Source: an uncultured Anaerolineaceae bacterium
Lineage (GTDB): Bacteria > Chloroflexota > Limnocylindria > Limnocylindrales > CSP1-4
NCBI GenBank assembly: GCA_964385975.1
Contig: CAYLSK010000001.1
Location: 1-43,501 of the forward strand
Direction: 5' to 3'
DNA: 43,501 nucleotides
In this document: positions 8,279 through 14,754 of the stretch, one piece after another
Numbering within the stretch: position 1 is the stretch's first letter
Layout: each line of letters starts with the position of its first letter
The notes under the pieces: model-generated
Databases searched by the model: none
Told to the model about the DNA's origin: nothing
What the model saw: only the letters and a program-made list of their open reading frames with translations
Made by a program: the position numbers and the translations under genes

Positions 8279-8308
8279 AATGTAGCGAGTCCGCTACCTA
8301 CGTGTCAA
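8279..8308 (-). promoter_or_regulatory. early (lytic) promoter, TTGACA-18 nt-TACATT, probably leaderless
   Basis: On the minus strand the -35 TTGACA is at 8308-8303 and the -10 TACATT at 8284-8279. The ATG follows 7 nt downstream. Confidence 0.6.
8282..8297. promoter_or_regulatory. candidate operator, inverted repeat GTAGCG-N4-CGCTAC
   Basis: Perfect 6-bp arms lie inside the spacer and -10 of the early promoter. An extra half-site, CGCTAG, is at 8319-8324. Confidence 0.45.
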
Positions 8309-8339
8309 GCCCCTACATCGCTAGGAGATTCGTACCAGG

Positions 8340-8792
8340 GTGACAGACGCCCCCGACGTCGCGAACTACCGCGCTCGGATCGTGCCGACGCTTCCTACGC
8401 TCACACTCGTGTTGACTGAACAGGAGCGCAAGGATCGTCTGGCGTATTGGGTGCGCGACACGATGGGTCGACGTGGTCTAACGCCGCCCAAGGTGGCGGA
8501 GCGGGTAGGTGTCTCCCGCAGCACCGTCACGGCGTGGGCGGCTGGTCGCTCCGTTCCATCGATGATCTATCTCGGTCCATTGGCCGCTGCCCTACGAGTC
8601 GATCCGCGCCTCTTCGCGGACTTGCCGGTCATCCCGCCGAGCGGGGCGGCCGAGTATCTGGTCGATGCAGCGGAGTCGGCGGTTGAGGAAGGAGTGCGCC
8701 GGGGTCGTCAACGCCGAGCCGGATCAGCTCCACATAAGCCCGCTCGGTCGCCACGACCAGGCGCTCGCGATAACGAAGCAGAACACGGGTGA
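8340..8792 (+). CDS. cI-like XRE-family repressor
   Basis: GTG start. HTH motif LTPPKVAERVGVSRSTVTAWAAGRSVPS. Divergent from the cro-like gene. GC3 drops after about 8700, so the last ~30 codons look like a non-functional tail. Confidence 0.65.
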   Translation: MTDAPDVANYRARIVPTLPTLTLVLTEQERKDRLAYWVRDTMGRRGLTPPKVAERVGVSRSTVTAWAAGRSVPSMIYLGPLAAALRVDPRLFADLPVIPPSGAAEYLVDAAESAVEEGVRRGRQRRAGSAPHKPARSPRPGARDNEAEHG

Positions 8793-8822
8793 CACGCGGG
8801 TCGAGATTGATCGGATCAGCCA
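8629..8822 (-). CDS. possible small protein convergent with and antisense to the repressor 3' end
   Basis: GTG at 8822 is preceded by GGGGA. GC3 is good from 8822 to about 8690 (VADPINLDPRVTRVLLRYRERLVVATERAYVELIRLG...) and poor afterwards. Confidence 0.3.
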
Positions 8823-8885
8823 CGAATGGTCCCCACGGTAGAGATGATGACCCGCCGACTGTGCTCCGGAGAAGTTGACAAATCA

Positions 8886-9812
8886 ATGACTCGCGCCGGA
8901 AGGTGGGCGCGCGCTGGCACCGGGGTGTGGCCGGCCTGGCGACGCGATCCGCTCCGCGACGGCTACCTGATCGCCGCCGGGCTCTGGGTCGGGGCGATCG
9001 TCCTCGGGATCGTCATGCCGGGCATCGATGCACGGACCTTCTTCGACCACCGCTGGCCGGCGCCGTACGACGTGACCGACTACGCCTCGGGGAGTGGCTT
9101 CTACTACAGTCCGCCGGTCGCGTTTCTGTTCGCGCCGCTGGCCGCGCTGGGGCTGCCGATGTTCGCGGCGATCCTGACCGGAGCCGGATTGCTGGCGCTG
9201 TACGGGATCCTCGGACGCTGGGCCTGGCTTGGGCTGTTCTTCCCGCCCGTGTGGTGGGACATCCGCGCGGGCAACGTGAACACGCTGATCGGCTTCGTCG
9301 CGGTCACCGGAGTCGCGCGCTCGGCCTGGTGGGCGATCCCTCTGCTCACGAAGATCACGCCGGGGATCGGGCTTCTGTGGTTCGCCGTCCGGCGCGAGTG
9401 GCGGCAGCTCGCGATCAGCATCGGGCTGACAGCCGGAATCGTGGGCGCCTCGTTCGTCGTGGCTCCAAGCTTGTGGTTCGACTGGATCGGCGGCCTCGTC
9501 TCGAACGGAGCGGGCTACACCGGCCCCGGCTACTTCACCGTGGCGATCCCGCTCCTGCCGAGGCTGGCTAGCGCGGCGCTCATGATCGCGTGGGGCGCGC
9601 GAACGGACCGTCACTGGGTCCTGCCGCTCGGCGTCACGCTGGCGATGCCGGTCCTGTGGTACTCGGCGCTCGCGCCGTTGGTCGCGCTGCCCAAGCTGCT
9701 AGCCGATGATCGTCGCCCACGCGAACGGGTGAGCCGAGGGATTGTTCTCGACCGCCACCAGCAGGACCGTCTGGCTGACGCTTGTCACGCGCGGCGCCCC
9801 GGCGGCCACTAG
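8886..9812 (+). CDS. polytopic membrane protein, GT-C / DUF2029 (GT87)-like glycosyltransferase candidate
   Basis: About 8 predicted TM helices. First-loop motif DY...GFYYSPPVAFLFAPL resembles the D...Y-x-Y/P-P motif of polyprenol-phosphate-sugar-dependent transferases. ATG 8886 is preceded by GGAGAAG. The longest ORF starts at 8826. Confidence 0.5.
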   Translation: MTRAGRWARAGTGVWPAWRRDPLRDGYLIAAGLWVGAIVLGIVMPGIDARTFFDHRWPAPYDVTDYASGSGFYYSPPVAFLFAPLAALGLPMFAAILTGAGLLALYGILGRWAWLGLFFPPVWWDIRAGNVNTLIGFVAVTGVARSAWWAIPLLTKITPGIGLLWFAVRREWRQLAISIGLTAGIVGASFVVAPSLWFDWIGGLVSNGAGYTGPGYFTVAIPLLPRLASAALMIAWGARTDRHWVLPLGVTLAMPVLWYSALAPLVALPKLLADDRRPRERVSRGIVLDRHQQDRLADACHARRPGGH

Positions 9813-10577
9813 GAGGACGGTCTGACTGACGCGCGCCGGAACCAGAGCCCCGGCGGCGACCAACAGGACCGTCTGGCTAACGCGCGTGTCCGGGACTGGC
9901 TTGGTCGCCACCAGCAGTGGTGTCTGGCTGACCCGGATCCCGACCGCCTGGAAGGTCAGGGTATCGGCGAACTCGAACCACGGGTCGTTGGCCGTGGTGG
10001 TCGTCTCATCCTCGGCCAGGTCCGTCCCGGCGTTGTCGCCGAATGACAGCGTGCCGGTCCGGCTGGTCGTCGCGCTCTCGTGCTTGCGGTAGCCGACCTC
10101 GATGCACAGTCGGTCCCCGTCGAGGGCGTTGACGCTGGTCGGGGTGGTCGAGCCGCCCTTCGGGTACTTGACGTTGCGCAGGGCGGTGTTGAACTCGTGG
10201 CCGAGCCCCGAGGTGTCCGACGCGATCAGCGTCCCGCGCACGGTCGTGCCGTCATTGGATAGGACCCGGATGACGCACTGCGGGTCGAGGTCCCCCGTCC
10301 CCGAGGACTCGAGCGCGCGGATCTGGCCCTTGATCGCGCCAGAGATGGTCTGGTTGCCCGACAGCGGGGCGGAGATGAATTGCGCGATCGCGATGTCGAC
10401 CGCGCCAGCCGGGACGTTGAGGATCGTGGCGACGGCTACCGAGAGGACCGCCGAGTGCTCATCCTTGCCGGTCGACAGCGGAAGTCGCGTCGGGGCGCCG
10501 GTCGCCTCCCACGAGGCATCGAAGGCCGGGCTGATCGGCGCCGTGCCGCTCGACGGGAGATAGAGCCTAGTAACCAC
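9699..10577 (-). CDS. distal tail / receptor-binding-type protein with C-terminal 17-aa repeats
   Basis: Last gene of the tail module. Beta-rich, Ser/Thr/Gly-rich composition. Four VSQT(V/P)LLVA repeats at the C-terminus. Confidence 0.55.
   Translation of the reverse strand: MVTRLYLPSSGTAPISPAFDASWEATGAPTRLPLSTGKDEHSAVLSVAVATILNVPAGAVDIAIAQFISAPLSGNQTISGAIKGQIRALESSGTGDLDPQCVIRVLSNDGTTVRGTLIASDTSGLGHEFNTALRNVKYPKGGSTTPTSVNALDGDRLCIEVGYRKHESATTSRTGTLSFGDNAGTDLAEDETTTTANDPWFEFADTLTFQAVGIRVSQTPLLVATKPVPDTRVSQTVLLVAAGALVPARVSQTVLLVAAGAPRVTSVSQTVLLVAVENNPSAHPFAWATIIG
9756..9934. repeat. 51-bp tandem repeat (about 3.5 copies) encoding R-V-S-Q-T-x-L-L-V-A units
   Basis: Copies begin at 9756, 9807, 9858 and 9909, with core cagcaggaccgtctggctgacgc. 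Confidence 0.8.
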
Positions 10578-10602
10578 TGGACGTCCGCGCTATCCTGCCC
10601 GG

Positions 10603-10818
10603 GTGCGCAAGCCAGTCGATTCCTTCGCCCCCCTGTTCCGGGTGATCGACCGCATGACGGTCCTCGAGCTGATCGAGCTCTACCGGCGGATGCAGGACCG
10701 CTATGGTTTCCCGAGGTCGGAGCACGATCCGCTCCCCGTAGACACTCCCGCTTGGATGAATGGAATGGGCGTCAGCGTGTGGTTCATGGAGGGCTTCGAG
10801 CACTACCCGCTCGCCTGA
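10603..10818 (+). CDS. reverse-oriented 71-aa protein between tail-fibre genes (moron-like)
   Basis: Very high GC3 in the plus frame. GTG start lies 6 nt after TATCCT (10591-10596). The antisense ORF 10567..10824 has junk composition. Confidence 0.6.
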   Translation: MRKPVDSFAPLFRVIDRMTVLELIELYRRMQDRYGFPRSEHDPLPVDTPAWMNGMGVSVWFMEGFEHYPLA

Positions 10819-10824
10819 TGCCAT

Positions 10825-11865
10825 CTACGCAGTCTTCTTGTAGCCCGTTTCGAGGGCGTTCACTTCGCTGATCGTGAACGGGATCCCCGTCGCCGGGCTC
10901 ACGTCGTACATCTGGTCGGACTGGTAGGTGTAGCCAGTACCGAGGGAATCATCCGAGCCGACGTAATCAGCCGCGCTGATTCGCAGGACCGGGGCCAGGA
11001 TCGACGAACCGGCGTCGGTCTTCTTGGCGTAGCTGATCAGCTCGCAGCCGTGAACGACCCCGGTGGCGGTTGCCAAGTTGCCCATCGCGAACGTGTCGAT
11101 CTGGGCCACCGTCGAGGACGAGTTGTAGTCGGTGTCGCCGTTCGGTGCCGCATCGTCGACGTTCTGATAGTTCGAGCCGGCGGACGGCGTGAATTGCGAG
11201 TAATTGCCGGCGGCCGAGGGCAGCAACGCCTCCACCCGCACATCGTTCAGGAAGTCATTGTTCGGCTGGTCGGCATCGCCCGTCGTGCCGTCGAGGATGT
11301 ACATGTCGTCCTGGTCCGCGGTTCGACCGTCTGAGCCATTGGCGGCGCCCTGGTAGCCGATCACGTTGGCTGTAGCATTCCCCGCGTTGCGCGTGTCGCC
11401 GCTGAAGTCCAGCGTGGCGTCCAGCACGCCATTCACCCGGAGCTTGGCGACCCCGACCGCGTCGTCGATGGTGACGTAGAACTCCAGGTAATACGTCGTT
11501 CCGGCCGAAAGAACGCTCGTGCTCGTGGCGAGCAAGGTCCCGCTGATCCCACCTCTCCGGGCCTCGATCGTGCCGTCACTCTTGAGATTGAAGGTCACAT
11601 GATTGATTGCGGTGTCGAGGAAGAAGAGCAGGCCCCGCGACGCAGCCGGGATTGACGCGGGCTTCCACGAAAAGCCGACGACCCATGTCGCTTGAGCGTC
11701 AAGAGTCAGTGTCCAGCCCTGATTCCAGTTCGTCGTTCGGAGCGAGGCGGTCGAGTTCCGCCCGTTGCCGGCCGAGACGGCGGTGGTCGCGGTGACCGTG
11801 GTAAATCGGTTCGGCAGATCGGCCGTGACGAGGTAGTCGTAGCACTCCAGGCGTCGCATGGCCAT
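10825..11865 (-). CDS. tail fibre/baseplate protein with a ConA/LamG-like beta-sandwich (346 aa)
   Basis: Start MAMRRLE at 11865. Composition and motif layout (…TYYLEFYVTIDD…LRVNG…) resemble LamG-type jelly-rolls in phage fibre proteins. Position in the tail module. Confidence 0.5.
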   Translation of the reverse strand: MAMRRLECYDYLVTADLPNRFTTVTATTAVSAGNGRNSTASLRTTNWNQGWTLTLDAQATWVVGFSWKPASIPAASRGLLFFLDTAINHVTFNLKSDGTIEARRGGISGTLLATSTSVLSAGTTYYLEFYVTIDDAVGVAKLRVNGVLDATLDFSGDTRNAGNATANVIGYQGAANGSDGRTADQDDMYILDGTTGDADQPNNDFLNDVRVEALLPSAAGNYSQFTPSAGSNYQNVDDAAPNGDTDYNSSSTVAQIDTFAMGNLATATGVVHGCELISYAKKTDAGSSILAPVLRISAADYVGSDDSLGTGYTYQSDQMYDVSPATGIPFTISEVNALETGYKKTA

Positions 11866-11881
11866 CAGGTCTTCCTCACTT

Positions 11882-12883
11882 TCATGTCCAGCGGACCTTG
11901 AGTCCGACCATGACCTTGGTGAAAGCCGTGATCGAGTCGATGTTGAATGAGAACCGATCACCGGCCGCGAACGCCGTGGTCCAGCCGGTCAGGGTCGTGT
12001 CGGTCGAGGTCAGGTCGGTCCCCCCAGTCGCGGTGATCGTGGGTTTGGCCGATGCGCAGATCGACGCGAAGTGCGCGCCGGCCCAGGTCGTGCCCTTGCC
12101 AATGTCCACGACGATGGCGCCGTCCACATCGGCATCGAGGTAGGCCGCCTCGATGACTCCCGGTCGGGCCATCGGGGAGGTCCAGAGCTTGAGCCCGGTG
12201 GTCAGGGCCGAGCCGCCGCCGTCGAGCCAAACCTGGATCAGCCCGTACTGCGCCTCCCAGACGGCATCGGTGCCGTCCGACGCCAGCAGGCGCCCGTCGA
12301 CCCCGAGCCCGACCCGCTCGATGACCGCCGCGCCCCGCCGGAACAGGTCGCCCCTGGTGGTCAGGATCGACCGCAGGACGTATTGGGTGTGGTCGTCGTC
12401 CGTGAGCCCCGTCAATGCAGCGCCGTGGTCGATCTGCCCCGCCTGGAGCCCGGTCGTCTGGTGCGAGTGGTCGGCGGATTCGAGGCGATAGCCGGTATGC
12501 GGATCACCGGCGGCGACATGCCCGCCGAGGGCTGCGTCGGAGTAGCTCTCGGCGGCCGCCTCCGCTGCTGCCGCAGTTGCCGCGTGCGACGAGCCCGAGT
12601 GCACCGCATCCACGGTCGGGCTCGGCCACGTCCCGCCCAGCTCGCCTCCTGGAGTCGTGCCGACGACGATCTCGGCGCTGAGGCCGGCTTGTGCCGTGCC
12701 CACGAGGTAGTCGGCGTCGTCGGGAGCGGCCGCGCCAACGAGTCCCTCCAGCCGGTCGAGCTCGGCCTGGACGTCGGTCTCCGGGCTGCCCGAGCCGGTG
12801 CCGTCGAAGGTGACGCCCGAGCCCGGTGCCGTCTGCGCCGCCCTCACGAGCGCGATGTGGGAGCCGGTCTCGACGGTCTTCAT
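11882..12883 (-). CDS. tail fibre-like protein (333 aa)
   Basis: HSHQ...DHGALTGLTDDDHTQY motif, Gly/Ala/Thr-rich composition, position in the tail module. Confidence 0.5.
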   Translation of the reverse strand: MKTVETGSHIALVRAAQTAPGSGVTFDGTGSGSPETDVQAELDRLEGLVGAAAPDDADYLVGTAQAGLSAEIVVGTTPGGELGGTWPSPTVDAVHSGSSHAATAAAAEAAAESYSDAALGGHVAAGDPHTGYRLESADHSHQTTGLQAGQIDHGAALTGLTDDDHTQYVLRSILTTRGDLFRRGAAVIERVGLGVDGRLLASDGTDAVWEAQYGLIQVWLDGGGSALTTGLKLWTSPMARPGVIEAAYLDADVDGAIVVDIGKGTTWAGAHFASICASAKPTITATGGTDLTSTDTTLTGWTTAFAAGDRFSFNIDSITAFTKVMVGLKVRWT

Positions 12884-14754
12884 GCCCGCGTCCAGAGGAA
12901 GCCATCGAAGAATCTTCGACGATGAGTCGGGGGCGGACCTGAGAGAGTATAGAAGTCGCCGACCTCTACCCAGCGAACACAGATGTCATCATCGGGAAAG
13001 GTGATCGTTTTCGTGTTGCGCCCGGTTCCTGTGATCGTCCCGCTGTCGTCTGTGACGATTCCCACCCCATCGACATAATGCTGGAGCTTCCACGTCGTGT
13101 TCGGGTCGAGGTCGTAAACGACGGTGTAGATGTCCATCGTTCCCGGACCGACCCCGAAGAGACGTGCCGAGCCGATGCCGTGGTCTGTCCATCCAGCCGG
13201 GTTCTGCGCGCCAGCGTCGGCGAACTGATAGATGGGGAAGTGCCACGGACTGGCGCCGGTGTAGTACGGCGAGGGCACGATCGGCGTTGCGCCGCCGGCC
13301 CGGTGATAGATGATGTTGCCGATGGCGCCAAAGGTCAGGCCGTTCGGCCCCCCCAACGGCGCTTGGTAGCCTTCGGGGGTCGATTCGATATCGGGGCAGA
13401 CGACCTTCATTGGCGTCAGGGTCAACGGGATCTCGAGCGTCGTGTGAGCCAGCTGCGTGACGATCCGACGCAGGGCGCGCATCCAGATGAAGCCGCCCGT
13501 GTAGCTGGGCGGGCCGTCATTGTCGATATATCCCGGCAGATGTGTGGCGTGCATCTGCACTCGCATCCCGTGCATGACCGCGTTGACGTTCTCCTCCTGG
13601 ACGGTCAGCGTGGTCGTGACGACGTCATCGGGCTCGTCCATCTCGTGCAACTGGCGGGTCGCCTCTGCCAGCGCGGTCGCCTCGATCTTGGTGTTGATCG
13701 CCGGCGCCGACACGTCGCGCGAGACATAGCGATCCCGCACGTCAGTGTCCTGGACATAGACGTAGCCCGGAGCTCCGTCGAAGGGCTTGAAGATGCCCGA
13801 GGCGATCCGCCCGCCGGAGCGCGCGAGCTTGACGTCCGCCGATAGCGCGAACGTCGTGACGTCGTCGATCTCCTCGGCCACGTTCGACAGGCGGATCGCG
13901 GACTCGTACAGCTCGTACGTGTTGAAGTCGAAGTAGGCGATCGAGTAGCGCGGCTCGATGACCGTCCCGCCCGTCCCGCCGACGGTGACGTTGACCGGGA
14001 TCGTGAAGGTCGTGTCGTCGATTCGGGTGACCGTGTAGTTGCCATCGAGCGCCGGCGTCGAACCGCTGTGTCCGCTGATCTCAACCTCGGCCCCGGTCAG
14101 CAGGTTGTGCGGCGCGTCGGTCGTGATGACCGTCGGGTTGGCGACGGACGACGACACGATCGTGCCGGCGATCGCGAGCTCGTTGAACCAGATGAAGTAG
14201 TTCTTGCCCGAGGCGTCCTTGGCGGCCGACAGCATCGTCTCGGCCGTCTGCCCGGTGAGGTCCGCCTTGTCCAGGTTCTTGGGCCCGGTCGTGTCGAGGT
14301 AGAGCGAGTCCTTGACCGCCGCGCCCTCGGTCGTCGTCAGCCACCACTGGATCCGTTCGATGTCGGTCTCGGCCGGGCGCTTGACGTCATCGCCGACGAA
14401 GATCTTGCGGGGGATGATGGAGTTCTCATCCTCCATCGTCACGATCCAGGTCCGCGAGGTTGGCGTGAAGGGCTCCGCCCAGACGATGTCGACGTCGCTG
14501 ATCCACCAGTTGCCGACCCGCCGATGACCGGCCGGCGCGTCGTCCGCGATGGCGTAGATCCGGCGGTGTGCGAGCAGGTTCAGGTCGGCGTTCGGATCGT
14601 CGATCTCGATCGTGACCGAGGCCCCAGAGCCCTCCTCCGCGTTGGCCCCGACCGACGCGCCCGGCTTCTCCTCGATGCTGCTCGGCAGACGGATCCGGTC
14701 GGTGATGTCGACGGTCGTTTCGGTAGCCGTGGAGACGACCCATCGGACGGCCAT
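12880..14754 (-). CDS. minor tail protein directly after the tape measure (distal-tail / tail-tip type, 624 aa)
   Basis: Its ATG overlaps the tape-measure stop. Size and position are typical of Dit/Tal-type proteins. It has an inserted domain ANPTVITTDAPHNLLTGAEVEISGHSGSTPALDGNYTVTRIDDTTFTI. Confidence 0.55.
   Translation of the reverse strand: MAVRWVVSTATETTVDITDRIRLPSSIEEKPGASVGANAEEGSGASVTIEIDDPNADLNLLAHRRIYAIADDAPAGHRRVGNWWISDVDIVWAEPFTPTSRTWIVTMEDENSIIPRKIFVGDDVKRPAETDIERIQWWLTTTEGAAVKDSLYLDTTGPKNLDKADLTGQTAETMLSAAKDASGKNYFIWFNELAIAGTIVSSSVANPTVITTDAPHNLLTGAEVEISGHSGSTPALDGNYTVTRIDDTTFTIPVNVTVGGTGGTVIEPRYSIAYFDFNTYELYESAIRLSNVAEEIDDVTTFALSADVKLARSGGRIASGIFKPFDGAPGYVYVQDTDVRDRYVSRDVSAPAINTKIEATALAEATRQLHEMDEPDDVVTTTLTVQEENVNAVMHGMRVQMHATHLPGYIDNDGPPSYTGGFIWMRALRRIVTQLAHTTLEIPLTLTPMKVVCPDIESTPEGYQAPLGGPNGLTFGAIGNIIYHRAGGATPIVPSPYYTGASPWHFPIYQFADAGAQNPAGWTDHGIGSARLFGVGPGTMDIYTVVYDLDPNTTWKLQHYVDGVGIVTDDSGTITGTGRNTKTITFPDDDICVRWVEVGDFYTLSGPPPTHRRRFFDGFLWTRA

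Noticed and set aside
8868-8885. TTGACA at 8875-8880 as a -35 box for the GT-C-like gene.
   Set aside because: It lies only 5 nt upstream of the ATG, and no -10-like hexamer follows at the proper spacing. The adjacent GGAGAAG is more likely to act as the ribosome-binding site.
9699-9812. A functional 114-nt overlap between the GT-C-like gene and the convergent tail gene. A similar case is the 3' tail of the repressor.
   Set aside because: Third-position GC shows that the plus-strand frame stops being coding-like before the overlap. Late stop codons are expected by chance when reading antisense to GC-rich coding DNA, so the overlap itself is probably not meaningful.
10567-10824. An 85-aa minus-strand ORF filling the gap between the tail genes.
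   Set aside because: Its composition is poor (His/Pro/Glu-rich) and its third-position GC is low. The plus-strand frame over the same DNA has near-saturated GC3 and a plausible -10 box.
9699-12883. A diversity-generating retroelement acting on the repeat-bearing tail-fibre genes.
   Set aside because: No reverse transcriptase ORF is present, and no template/variable repeat pair with adenine-specific mismatches occurs anywhere in the window. The repeats are simple in-frame tandem units.
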